Shown: positions 19,525-29,396 of the stretch, piece by piece
Numbering within the stretch: the first letter of the stretch is position 1
Layout: every line of letters starts with the position of its first letter
Source: a virus
Taxonomy: Duplodnaviria; Caudoviricetes
Length of the DNA stretch: 53,734 nucleotides
Virus record (IMG/VR): IMGVR_UViG_3300048131_000244
Location: 1 to 53,734 of that record
Direction: 5' to 3' (one strand)
Position numbers and translations under genes: made by a program
Notes under the pieces: model-generated
What the model was told of the DNA's origin: nothing
What the model saw: the letters and a program-made list of their open reading frames with translations, nothing else
Database searches by the model: none

Positions 19525-21138
19525 ATGAGTTTACAATCTCTTTTAGAAAGTGCAAATAACTTTAAGTCACAATCTAGTGACGCTGCACGTTTAGCTGAAA
19601 AGTGGGAGAAAACAGGTCTTTTAGAAGGTTTAGATGGAAGTCACAAGTCAAATATGTCTGTGATTCTTGAAAACCAAGCTAAGCAACTTGTTGTTGAAGC
19701 ATCTTCAACATCTGCTGGTGGAGCTGGTACTGGTAATTTTACTGCCGGAACTGGTGATCAGTGGGCTGGAGTAGCTCTTCCATTAGTACGCAAAGTATTT
19801 GGACAAATTGCTGCACAAGAATTTGTATCAGTACAACCAATGAACCTACCTTCTGGGCTAGTATTTTATTTAGATTTCCAATATGGAACTGATAAAGGTG
19901 CTTATGATCAAGGTAAATCACTATATGGTGATGTAGAAGGATTTGCTTCTAACGACACTTCAGGTGGTCTTTATGGCGCTGGTCGTTTCGCTTATTCTAT
20001 TAACACTACTTCATCTGCTGGTGTTTCTCCAACTGGTGTAACTAGCGCTGATTGGGCAGACCTAGGATTTGATTCATCTTATTCAGCTTCTGCTGTTGCT
20101 GGTGATTACTCTAAAGTAGAAATTCCTGATACTGAATTAGTATCTCCTGATAGCGAAGCTGTAAGAGCTTTCCAACTTATCTCAGGAAGTACTGCAGTAC
20201 AAGTATCTGCTTTTACTCGTAGAAATGCTGCTGATAATGGTACTATCTTTATTGTAGAAGACGCTGATGCTGGTGATGCTACTACTGTATCTTACGTACA
20301 AGCAACTGCTGATAACAATCGTGGTGATTTCGAAGATGGAAATACTGGATTAAACGCTGGTAACGATCCTATCTCAATCCCTGAGATTAACGTACAGATG
20401 AAATCATCTGCTATCGTAGCTAAAACACGTAAATTGAAAGCTGTATGGACACCTGAATTCGCTCAGGATCTTAACGCTTACCACAGTATTGATGCTGAAG
20501 CTGAATTAACTGCTATGCTAAGTGAGTACATTTCATTAGAAATCGACCTCGAAATCTTAGATATGTTGATTGAAAACGCTTCTGCTGGTACTGAAGTATG
20601 GTCAGCTGTTAACAACCAAGCTTTCACTTCTACAAGTGGTAATGGTGCTACAACTGATCTTGGATTCTATAACAGCCAAGGACAGTGGTTCCAAACTTTA
20701 GGAACTAAAATTACTAAATTAAGCAACGTAATTCATCAGAAAACTCTACGTGGTGGTGCTAACTTTATGGTTATCGCTCCTGCTGTAGGTACTATCTTAG
20801 AAGCTATCCCAGGATTTGCTGCTGATGCTGATGGTGATGTAACTAAGAAAGATTATGCTTTCGGTGTACAGAAAATCGGTGCTTTAGGTGGTGGTAAGAT
20901 TAAAGTATACAAAAACCCTTATATGACTGAAAACAACATCCTATTAGGATATCGTGGTGGACAGTTCCTAGAAAGTGGTGCTGTATTTAGTCCTTACATT
21001 CCATTAATCATGACTCCTCTAGTATACGATCCAGATACATTTACTCCACGTAAAGGTCTCTTGACTCGCTATGCTAAGAAAATCGTTCGTCCTGAATTCT
21101 ATGGTAAGATCAAAGTATCTGGTCTTAATACTCTATAA
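19525..21138 (+). CDS. gp23: Major capsid protein (T4 gp23-like)
   Basis: ILENQ, VSVQPMNLPSGLVF, AKTRKLKAVWTPEFAQDL, EIDLEI, FSPYIPL, FTPRKGLLTRY. Confidence 0.97.
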   Translation: MSLQSLLESANNFKSQSSDAARLAEKWEKTGLLEGLDGSHKSNMSVILENQAKQLVVEASSTSAGGAGTGNFTAGTGDQWAGVALPLVRKVFGQIAAQEFVSVQPMNLPSGLVFYLDFQYGTDKGAYDQGKSLYGDVEGFASNDTSGGLYGAGRFAYSINTTSSAGVSPTGVTSADWADLGFDSSYSASAVAGDYSKVEIPDTELVSPDSEAVRAFQLISGSTAVQVSAFTRRNAADNGTIFIVEDADAGDATTVSYVQATADNNRGDFEDGNTGLNAGNDPISIPEINVQMKSSAIVAKTRKLKAVWTPEFAQDLNAYHSIDAEAELTAMLSEYISLEIDLEILDMLIENASAGTEVWSAVNNQAFTSTSGNGATTDLGFYNSQGQWFQTLGTKITKLSNVIHQKTLRGGANFMVIAPAVGTILEAIPGFAADADGDVTKKDYAFGVQKIGALGGGKIKVYKNPYMTENNILLGYRGGQFLESGAVFSPYIPLIMTPLVYDPDTFTPRKGLLTRYAKKIVRPEFYGKIKVSGLNTL

Positions 21139-21165
21139 TCTTAGGATTAGATTTTTAAAAAAATT

Positions 21166-21190
21166 AGCCCGGCTTTGCCGGGCTTTTTTT
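21166..21190 (+). terminator. Rho-independent terminator after the major capsid gene
   Basis: AGCCCGGC-TTT-GCCGGGCT followed by a T run. Confidence 0.9.
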
Positions 21191-21218
21191 ATCTAAAAAT
21201 ATGTATAATAAAACGTTT

Positions 21219-21956
21219 ATGGCTAGTAAACCTCACACTGACGAAGTGTATCGTCCAAAAAGAGTTCCAAAAAACCCTATTAAATTCAAACTACAACTTA
21301 ATGAAGAGCAAAAACTTGCCAAACAAACCATTTTAGATAACACAATTACTTTGTTAGGTGGTGGGGCAGGAAGTGGTAAAACACTTTTAGCATGTAATGT
21401 TGCTTTAGATGGGTTATTAAGGCGAATGTATGATAAAATTATTATTACAAGACCTACTGTATCTAAAGAAGAAATTGGTTTCCTCCCTGGTGATTTAAGA
21501 GAAAAAATGGACCCATGGGTTCAACCTATTTATCAAAATTTCTTTGCTCTGTATGACAAAGTTAAAATTGAAAAATTAATAACTGATGGTAAAATAGAAA
21601 TTGTACCTGTGTCCTTTATGAGGGGTAGAACATTTATGGATTCAATGATCATTGTGGATGAAGCTCAAAACGTAACCCATGACCAAATGGAAATGATTAC
21701 ATCTCGTATTGGTTTAAGAAGTAAAATGATGATATGTGGAGATGATCATCAAATTGATTTAAGAAAACGTAGCGACTCAGGATTTAGATTTTTATATAAA
21801 GGAGCACGTGGTATTAAGAATCTATCAGCCCTAACATTATCTACTAATCATAGGGACCCAATTGTTGAAGATTTAATTAAGTATTATGAAGATGCAGCTG
21901 ATAAAGGTATTACAATAACTACATCAGGTTCATATAATTATAAGAATAAAAAATAA
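21219..21956 (+). CDS. phoH: PhoH-family ATPase
   Basis: GGAGSGKT, ITRP, GFLPGDL.EK, FMRGRTF, IVDEAQN, GD..QID; ATG 21219 preferred because ATG 21201 lies inside the late motif. Confidence 0.92.
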   Translation: MASKPHTDEVYRPKRVPKNPIKFKLQLNEEQKLAKQTILDNTITLLGGGAGSGKTLLACNVALDGLLRRMYDKIIITRPTVSKEEIGFLPGDLREKMDPWVQPIYQNFFALYDKVKIEKLITDGKIEIVPVSFMRGRTFMDSMIIVDEAQNVTHDQMEMITSRIGLRSKMMICGDDHQIDLRKRSDSGFRFLYKGARGIKNLSALTLSTNHRDPIVEDLIKYYEDAADKGITITTSGSYNYKNKK

Positions 21957-21985
21957 ATTCATATTTATAATAAAACTATTATATA

Positions 21986-23134
21986 ATGGCAAATCCTGCA
22001 ATCTGGCCTGGATCGAGTTCATTTGCAACTGGTTCAACCCCTTTTGGGTTTTATGACACTGATGCTGAATTTCAAGTTGATGCTGATAAAGTTTCTAACT
22101 TTTGTGCTCGTCGATTAGGTTATCCTTTAGTAGATGTAGAATTACAAGATATTTCATTTTATGCTGCATTTGAGGAAGCAATTACTACCTATGGTAATGA
22201 ATTATATGCTTATAAAATTAGAGATAATCAGTTAACTTTAGAGGGGGCACCTACTAGTAGTAATGTGAATAAAGCCGTAATTACCCCTAATTTTGAGCCC
22301 ATTATTAGACTATCAGAACAATATGGGAGCGAAGCAGGGTCAGGTGGTAATATCGAGTATTATACTGGATCAATTGATGTTGTAAAAAACCAACAAACAT
22401 ATGATCTAAAAGCTTGGGCTTCAGCAAGTGGAGTAGATGGAGATTATGGTATCGAAATAAAAAGGGTATTTTATGAATCTAACCCCGCAATTGTAAGATA
22501 TTATGACCCATATAGTGGTACAGGATTTGGCTATCAAAATTTATTTGATTCTTTTGGGTTTGGTGGAATGTCACCCGCAATTAATTTCTTAATGATGCCA
22601 TTAAATTACGATATGCAAGTATTACAAGCTATCGAGTTAAATGATATGATTAGAAGGTCTAATTTTAGCTTTCAATTAAGAAATAACACATTAAAAATAT
22701 TTCCTATCCCAACACAGTCTGGTAGTATGTATTTTGAATACATTAAAAGAGATGAAAGAATAAATAATTCAATCCAACAAACCCCAGATAAAGTAACTAA
22801 TGTATCTGATAGCCCATATGGTAATCCTACATATACAAATATTAATAGTGTAGGTAGACAATGGATATTTGAATACACTTTAGCATTAGCTAAAGAAATG
22901 CTAGGATATGTAAGAGGTAAATACCAACAAATCCCTATACCCGGGGCCGAAGTACAATTAAATGATGCTGCTTTAATAGCAGCTGCTACAGCAGAAAAAA
23001 CAGCATTATTAGAAAAATTAAGAGGATATTTTGATGAAACCTCTCGTAAAGCATTACTAGAACGAAAAGCACAAGAATCCGAGTTTGTAAACCAGGAACT
23101 GAAAAATGTTCCATACACCATTTATATAGGATAA
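21986..23134 (+). CDS. Neck / head-tail adaptor protein (gp13-like)
   Basis: RRLGYPLVDVEL and W...YTLALAKEMLG.VRGKY..IPG motifs; position after the capsid gene. Confidence 0.75.
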   Translation: MANPAIWPGSSSFATGSTPFGFYDTDAEFQVDADKVSNFCARRLGYPLVDVELQDISFYAAFEEAITTYGNELYAYKIRDNQLTLEGAPTSSNVNKAVITPNFEPIIRLSEQYGSEAGSGGNIEYYTGSIDVVKNQQTYDLKAWASASGVDGDYGIEIKRVFYESNPAIVRYYDPYSGTGFGYQNLFDSFGFGGMSPAINFLMMPLNYDMQVLQAIELNDMIRRSNFSFQLRNNTLKIFPIPTQSGSMYFEYIKRDERINNSIQQTPDKVTNVSDSPYGNPTYTNINSVGRQWIFEYTLALAKEMLGYVRGKYQQIPIPGAEVQLNDAALIAAATAEKTALLEKLRGYFDETSRKALLERKAQESEFVNQELKNVPYTIYIG

Positions 23135-23135
23135 T

Positions 23136-23651
23136 ATGGCAATGTTTGGTCGCTCACGTGATGTGAGTTTAATTAGAGGATTAAATAGAGAATTGATGGG
23201 GGATATAATCACCCAACAAGCAGCTTTTTATAAGTATAAATTAGAAGAAACTAAAGTTAATTTATATGGTGAAGCAGCAGGAGCTAAATTTTATGATGGT
23301 CCTTTCTTATTTAATTGTTTAATTAATAGAGAAGATCAAGCATATCCTGAAGGAGATGAAGGGGTTGGGTTTGGCCAAGGTATTGAATTTAGATTTTTAA
23401 GAGCTGATTTAGTAGATGCTAATGTTGTTCCTGAAGTAGGAGACATTATATTATATCAAGAAAAATATTACGGAGTAGATTCAGTAGTAGCTAACCAATA
23501 TTTTGTAGGTAAAAACCCAAGCTACCCGAATGATGAAAACCCATTAAATCCAGGATTAGAAGATTTTGGAGCTAACCATTCTGTAATTTGTAATACATTC
23601 TATGTACCCGCAGATAAAGTAAATATATCACCTTATAAAGAACGCTTTTAA
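23136..23651 (+). CDS. Neck / head completion protein (gp14-like)
   Basis: Synteny; NLYGE and PEVGDII motifs. Confidence 0.6.
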   Translation: MAMFGRSRDVSLIRGLNRELMGDIITQQAAFYKYKLEETKVNLYGEAAGAKFYDGPFLFNCLINREDQAYPEGDEGVGFGQGIEFRFLRADLVDANVVPEVGDIILYQEKYYGVDSVVANQYFVGKNPSYPNDENPLNPGLEDFGANHSVICNTFYVPADKVNISPYKERF

Positions 23652-24532
23652 TGGCACAATATAGAAAACCTATACCGAAAAAGCAAAAACGAATTAGCCA
23701 AGGCTTGCAAGATGCATTTGATACTACTAGAGGTAACCCAAACCAAGTAGTTAACCCAAATGAATCTCAAACTGGTATCGATTTTAATAGAGGATATGAA
23801 TTAAGTAAAAAAGGTGATACTTCAAAATCTTTAACTATTGGTATTCAAGATTTAGATGAATCTATATTTTATTACTTTAATAACGTAATTAAACCATTTG
23901 TATATCAAAATGGTCAAAGACGAACTGTTCCATTTATATATGCTGCCCCTGAAAGATGGAAATCATTTCAACGTGATGGGTATTATAGAGATAAAGGTGG
24001 AGCTGTAATGTTACCTATTATTATTATTAAACGTGATTCATTAGAAAAAGATAGAAGCGTTTATAATAAATTAGATGCTAATCAACCTAACATGTATGGT
24101 AGTTTTGGTATTACTTACAATTCCAAAAATGCATATGGTAATTTTGCAGCATTAAATAACCGCATCCCAGTTAAATCTTATAATTTAACAGTTGTTCCTG
24201 ATTTTGTAACATTAAATTATAGCTGTGCTATTCAAACTTACTATATGGAACAATTAAATAAAATAATTGAATCCATTGAATATGCTTCTGATGCATATTG
24301 GGGTAATCCTGAAAGATTTAAATTCAGAGCATTTGTAGATTCATTCCAAACCTCTACTGAATTAACAGCAGGTAGAGATCGTTTGGTAAAAGGTACTTTT
24401 AATATTAGATTACGGGGATATATTATACCTGAAGTAATGCAAAAAGAAGTTACTGCTCTTAAAAAAGTAAATTCTAAATCTAAAATAACAGTTACAGCAG
24501 AAACAGTAACTAATATTAATGATGTCCCTTGA
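23651..24532 (+). CDS. Tail terminator / sheath stabiliser (gp15-like)
   Basis: VPFIYAAPERW, LPII, EQLNKIIESI; synteny. Confidence 0.6.
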   Translation: MAQYRKPIPKKQKRISQGLQDAFDTTRGNPNQVVNPNESQTGIDFNRGYELSKKGDTSKSLTIGIQDLDESIFYYFNNVIKPFVYQNGQRRTVPFIYAAPERWKSFQRDGYYRDKGGAVMLPIIIIKRDSLEKDRSVYNKLDANQPNMYGSFGITYNSKNAYGNFAALNNRIPVKSYNLTVVPDFVTLNYSCAIQTYYMEQLNKIIESIEYASDAYWGNPERFKFRAFVDSFQTSTELTAGRDRLVKGTFNIRLRGYIIPEVMQKEVTALKKVNSKSKITVTAETVTNINDVP

Positions 24533-24559
24533 TTAAGTAAATAAAGGTTATTACATTAC
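24528..24559 (+). promoter_or_regulatory. Bacteroidota-type promoter CTTG-N20-TACATTAC
   Basis: Same 20-nt spacer; just upstream of the glycosyltransferase pair. Confidence 0.5.
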
Positions 24560-24565
24560 GATACA

Positions 24566-25642
24566 ATGAAAGTTCTATTTTTAGCACCACATTTAAGCAC
24601 AGGAGGTATGCCCGCGTTTTTACTAAAACGTATTGAGGCATTACTTGGCTATACTGACATAGAAGTATTTGTTGCTGAATGGAGATGTTATAGTATGAGT
24701 TATGTTGTACAACGACAACAAATCGAAAACTTAGTAGGAAATAATTTTATTAGTTTTGATGGTAAATCTGAATTGCAAAAAGATATTATTGGCTATTGTT
24801 ACAAAAATAAAATTGATTTAATTCATATAGAAGAAATACCTGAAGGGTTTGATACATTTAACCCATTTCCAAAAGAAATTCAACAAGAATTATACGATAA
24901 AAAACACCCCTGGAAAATAGTTGAAACATGTCATAATATTTATTTTAATCCAGAAGAAAAGAAAATATATAACCCAGATGGATATGCATTTGTTACCCCT
25001 CATCATTTAAATAGTACCTTTAAAAACCAACCTGGTAAAAAATCATTAATTCCATTTCCTATTGATCCTACTATACAACATTCATCTACCCAAAAAGAAA
25101 TATTAAAAGAAGGAGGTTGGTTAACTAAAGGTGAGTTTCATATAATTAATATAGGATTATGGACACCAGGTAAAAACCAAAAATATGCCATTGATATAGC
25201 TAAGGGGTTATGGGAAAAATACAGATGGACTTACATATTCCATTTTTTAGGAAATCAGGCTCCTAATTTTAAAGATTATTGGGAACCCCTAATGAAAGAC
25301 TTACCCCCAAATGTTTTTATTTTGGGAGAAAGAAATGATGTAGCTAAATACTTTAAAATGGCGGATGCTATGTTATTTACTTCTAACTTTGAATGTAATC
25401 CTATAGTACTAAAAGAAGCCATTTCACATAATACTAGAATAATGGCTTATAATTTACCCCATTATGGAGATGAATATACACCATTTATAGAACCCTTAAC
25501 AGGTAACGTTGAGGATGATAAATTTGCTTTAACTCATTTAATTCATTCCCCAATTAAATATAAAATAGGAGATTATAACAACAGTGTTAAGGAATTTGCT
25601 AATAAACATGTTCAATTTTATAAATCTATAATTAATGAGTAA
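24566..25642 (+). CDS. GT-B (GT4-like) glycosyltransferase
   Basis: PHLSTGGMP, IGLWTPGKNQ, GERNDV, SNFECNPIVLKEA (E-x7-E motif). Confidence 0.85.
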   Translation: MKVLFLAPHLSTGGMPAFLLKRIEALLGYTDIEVFVAEWRCYSMSYVVQRQQIENLVGNNFISFDGKSELQKDIIGYCYKNKIDLIHIEEIPEGFDTFNPFPKEIQQELYDKKHPWKIVETCHNIYFNPEEKKIYNPDGYAFVTPHHLNSTFKNQPGKKSLIPFPIDPTIQHSSTQKEILKEGGWLTKGEFHIINIGLWTPGKNQKYAIDIAKGLWEKYRWTYIFHFLGNQAPNFKDYWEPLMKDLPPNVFILGERNDVAKYFKMADAMLFTSNFECNPIVLKEAISHNTRIMAYNLPHYGDEYTPFIEPLTGNVEDDKFALTHLIHSPIKYKIGDYNNSVKEFANKHVQFYKSIINE

Positions 25643-26723
25643 TAAATTATTGATAAGTTTTGATATTTTTCCTAAAGTAGAAGTTAAAGGAACTATTGAT
25701 GCCGAATATTTAGTTGAATTTATAGATGGGGATACAAATAAAGTTATTCATAAATCTACTATTAGAAATAATATGTGGACTCAAGCAAATAAAAAATGGC
25801 ATATAAACTGGATTATTAAAGTAAATGGCAAAGTAGAGCATATTTTTAATTTAAAAGATAAAGAAGTTAAAATCACTATAGATTCTAAATCGGTAGGAGA
25901 TACATTAGCATGGGCACCACAAATAATAGAATTTGCTAAAAAGTATAAATGTAAAATAACAGCATCTACATTTCATAATGAATGGTTTAAAAACAACCCC
26001 AAGTACAAAAATATTAAATTTATAGAACCAGGTAAACCAGGAGATTTTTATGCTCATTATATGTTAGGGTGGTATAAAACAAAAGATAAATGGGATGAAG
26101 GAATGCATCATCGTAATATGCCTAATACAATCCCACTTATTCAAACTGCTACTGATATGTTAGGTTTACCTTATAAAGAAATAAACCATGGAATCGATTT
26201 CACCCCAGATAAACGACCTATAAAAGAAAAATATATTTGCATTGGCCCCCGTTCAACTGCTGGCTTAAAAGAATGGCCACACCATTATTGGGGGATTTTA
26301 GCTAAAAATCTAACTGAATCAGGATATAAAGTAGTTAACGTGTCATATGAAGGTTTTAGTCAACCTAATATAATAAATAAAGAAAAATTAAACTGGAAAG
26401 ATACCTATAATTATCTTTATCATGCAGATTTATTTATAGGTTTAGGTTCTGGTTTATCTTGGTTTAATTGGGCGATGGATAAACACACTTTAATGATAAA
26501 TAATTTTATCCCCTATGGTTATGAAATGACTCATAACTTAACCAAAATAGAAGATTATTCAGTATGTAATAATTGTTGGGTGGATAAAAGGTTTGTATTT
26601 GATAAAGGAAATTGGGATTGGTGTCCTAAACACCAAAATACAATGTCTCAACACATTTGCCATAAAGCAATAAAACCTGAAACTGTTTTAAAGAAAATTC
26701 AATATCTATTAAAATACAAATAA
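25635..26723 (+). CDS. Autotransporter-type O-heptosyltransferase-like glycosyltransferase (Aah/TibC, GT9-related)
   Basis: SKSVGDTLAW, KEW, FIGLGSGLSW, C-terminal C-x2-CW...CP...C cluster. Confidence 0.75.
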   Translation: MSNKLLISFDIFPKVEVKGTIDAEYLVEFIDGDTNKVIHKSTIRNNMWTQANKKWHINWIIKVNGKVEHIFNLKDKEVKITIDSKSVGDTLAWAPQIIEFAKKYKCKITASTFHNEWFKNNPKYKNIKFIEPGKPGDFYAHYMLGWYKTKDKWDEGMHHRNMPNTIPLIQTATDMLGLPYKEINHGIDFTPDKRPIKEKYICIGPRSTAGLKEWPHHYWGILAKNLTESGYKVVNVSYEGFSQPNIINKEKLNWKDTYNYLYHADLFIGLGSGLSWFNWAMDKHTLMINNFIPYGYEMTHNLTKIEDYSVCNNCWVDKRFVFDKGNWDWCPKHQNTMSQHICHKAIKPETVLKKIQYLLKYK

Positions 26724-26756
26724 TTAATATATATTTATCACCAAAATACAATTGTT

Positions 26757-26999
26757 ATGAGTCAAGTAATAAAGTTGCAAGAAAATGAATTAGAAAGAAT
26801 TAAATCTACTCAAGGAGACATTACTAATTTAACATATAGTTTAGGTCAACTTGAAGTCCAGAAAGCATCAATTCTAATAGAAATAGATAAAGTTCAAGCT
26901 AGACAAAATGAACTAGGAAAGGAATTAAATGACAAGTATGGAGAAGGGAATATTAATTTGGAAACAGGCGAACTTACTTTAACAGAACCATCTAAATAG
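26757..26999 (+). CDS. Small coiled-coil tail-region protein
   Basis: Late motif at 26731; C-terminal KYGEGNINLETGE. Confidence 0.6.
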   Translation: MSQVIKLQENELERIKSTQGDITNLTYSLGQLEVQKASILIEIDKVQARQNELGKELNDKYGEGNINLETGELTLTEPSK

Positions 27000-27060
27000 T
27001 TGTTTTTTTGAGGAAGTAGTTCATATTTATAAGAAAATAATACTTAAATAAAGATATAAA

Positions 27061-28761
27061 ATGGCAGAAACTCTATTATCTCCTGGTGTATTAGCCCGAG
27101 AAACTGACCAATCATTTATCCAAGGACAACCTATTCAAGCAGGTGCCGCTATTCTCGGTCCTGCAGTTAAAGGACCAGTAGGTATACCAACCTTAGTTAG
27201 CTCCTTCAGTGAATATCAAGCTGTTTTTGGAGATACAGTTACTAGTGGTTCACAACAATATGAATATTTAACTGCAACTTCTGCTAGAAATTACTTTTCT
27301 CAAGGTGGGACTTCATTACTAGTTACTCGAGTACAAAGTGGTAGCTGGTCAGGAGCTGAAGCTGAAGTAGCAGGCACAAACAACTCAGCTTCTTTTACAT
27401 TAAGTACCTTATCTGAAGGTACAATAATGAATAGTTCAGGATCAACTGGTACTAATAATACTTTAGATAACGGTACTAAAGATAATATTCGTTATGAAAT
27501 TCAAGGCTCAAATACCTCCACAGGGACTTTTAGCGTCCTAATTCGTAGAGGAGATGATAGTTCAAAACAAAAGAACGTATTAGAAACATTCCAAAATGTA
27601 TCTTTAGATCCTAAAGCCAATAATTATATTGCTAGAGTAATTGGAGATACTTACCATAGCGTAGATAGTGATGGTAGTGATTATTATGTAAAATCTCACG
27701 GTAATTACGTAAATAAAAGCAGATATGTGTATGTTAGTAACGTAGCACAAGCAACCCCTGATTATTTTGATAATAATGGTGATGCAAAAGCAGCATATAC
27801 CGGATCTATTCCTGCTACCGGAAACGGAGCATTTGGAGATGGTTCAGGATCTTTATTTAGTGGATCAGCTTTATTCAATGAAAATATAGATGCTGATAAC
27901 ATTCAAGGAATTGGAGCCGCGGATTATGCTGAATCGATTTCTTTATTAACAAATAAAGACGATTACCGATTTAATTTAATTACTGCTCCTGGTTTAAATG
28001 CCACAGACCATGGACCACAAATAAGCTCACTAGTATCATTAGCAGATACGCGTCAAGATTGCATTGCTGTTATTGATTTAGATGGGTACAATAAAACAGT
28101 AAGTACAATTACTACTAAAGCTACTTCATTTGATTCAAGCTATGGAGCTACATATTGGCCATGGCTACAAATTCTAAATGGTGCTGGTCAAACAGTTTGG
28201 GTACCTGCTTCAACTATGATTCCTGGAGTATATGCCTTTACAGATGCTTCAAGTGATGCATGGTTTGCTCCTGCTGGTTTAACTAGAGGTGCTTTAGGAA
28301 ATGTAATTAAAGCTGAAAGAAAACTTACCTCTGGAAACAGAGATAGCTTGTACACTGCAAATGTTAACCCAATTGCAACATTCCCAGGAAGTGGAGTTGT
28401 AGTATTTGGTCAGAAAACATTACAGAAACGTTCAAGTGCACTAGATCGTGTGAATGTAAGAAGATTGTTAATTGAACTTAAGAGCTATATTTCTCAAGTT
28501 TCAGATAACTTAGTATTTGAACAAAATTCAATTGCTACAAGAAATAGCTTCTTAACTCAAGTTAACCCATACTTAGAAAGTATCCAACAAAGACAAGGAT
28601 TATACGCTTTTAAAGTAGTAATGGATGAAACTAATAATACCGCTGATGTAGTAGATAGAAATGAGCTAGTTGGTCAGATTTATTTACAACCAACCAAAAC
28701 AGCTGAATTTATTCTATTAGATTTCAATGTATTACCAACTGGAGCTACATTCCCGTCATAA
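27061..28761 (+). CDS. gp18: Contractile tail sheath protein (gp18-like)
   Basis: LSPGVLARETD, WFAPAG..RG, LY...VNPI, GQKT, DRVNVRRL, PTKTAEFI. Confidence 0.95.
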   Translation: MAETLLSPGVLARETDQSFIQGQPIQAGAAILGPAVKGPVGIPTLVSSFSEYQAVFGDTVTSGSQQYEYLTATSARNYFSQGGTSLLVTRVQSGSWSGAEAEVAGTNNSASFTLSTLSEGTIMNSSGSTGTNNTLDNGTKDNIRYEIQGSNTSTGTFSVLIRRGDDSSKQKNVLETFQNVSLDPKANNYIARVIGDTYHSVDSDGSDYYVKSHGNYVNKSRYVYVSNVAQATPDYFDNNGDAKAAYTGSIPATGNGAFGDGSGSLFSGSALFNENIDADNIQGIGAADYAESISLLTNKDDYRFNLITAPGLNATDHGPQISSLVSLADTRQDCIAVIDLDGYNKTVSTITTKATSFDSSYGATYWPWLQILNGAGQTVWVPASTMIPGVYAFTDASSDAWFAPAGLTRGALGNVIKAERKLTSGNRDSLYTANVNPIATFPGSGVVVFGQKTLQKRSSALDRVNVRRLLIELKSYISQVSDNLVFEQNSIATRNSFLTQVNPYLESIQQRQGLYAFKVVMDETNNTADVVDRNELVGQIYLQPTKTAEFILLDFNVLPTGATFPS

Positions 28762-28803
28762 AGAATTAAAAATAGAATATTTATAATAAAATAATTACGC
28801 AAG

Positions 28804-29292
28804 ATGGCAGTATTAAATAGCAACGAGATTTTTTACACAGCTTTTGAACCTAAGCAACAGAATAGGTTTGTAATGTATATAGATGGATTTCCTTCTTACA
28901 TTGTAAAAGGAATGGGAGCTGTTTCACTTAGTCAAGGTACAGTAGCTTTAAACCATATTAATGTACAACGCTTTGTAAAAGGAAAAACTACTTGGAACAC
29001 AATCCAGTTTACATTGTTTGATCCTGTTACTCCAAGTGGTGCTCAAGCTGTAATGGAATGGGTTCGTTTACATCACGAATCAGTAACTGGTAGAGATGGT
29101 TATTCTGATTTCTATAAAAAGGATTTAACTTTCAACGTACTAGGACCTGTTGGTGATATCGTATCTGAATGGATCGTTAAAGGTGCTTTAATCACAGAAG
29201 CTAGCTTTGGTGATTATAGCTGGGATACTGAAAACGCTGCTCAAGAACTTACAATGACAGTACAACCAGATTATTGCGTACTAAATTTCTAA
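28804..29292 (+). CDS. gp19: Tail tube protein (gp19-like)
   Basis: Follows the sheath gene; EPKQQNRF, GKTTWNTI, MEW, YKKD motifs. Confidence 0.85.
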   Translation: MAVLNSNEIFYTAFEPKQQNRFVMYIDGFPSYIVKGMGAVSLSQGTVALNHINVQRFVKGKTTWNTIQFTLFDPVTPSGAQAVMEWVRLHHESVTGRDGYSDFYKKDLTFNVLGPVGDIVSEWIVKGALITEASFGDYSWDTENAAQELTMTVQPDYCVLNF

Positions 29293-29324
29293 AATACTTT
29301 CCCTCCATATATTCCTCAGAAAAT

Positions 29325-29348
29325 GGCTTGGCTTTTGTCAAGCCTTTT
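29325..29348 (+). terminator. Probable terminator hairpin overlapping a CTTG-N20-TATCTT promoter-like site
   Basis: GGCTTGGC-TTTT-GTCAAGCC followed by TTTT, after the tail tube gene. Confidence 0.6.
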
Positions 29349-29396
29349 CTTATCTTAATATTTATTAACGAACAAAAGTTATTATAAATAAAGATT

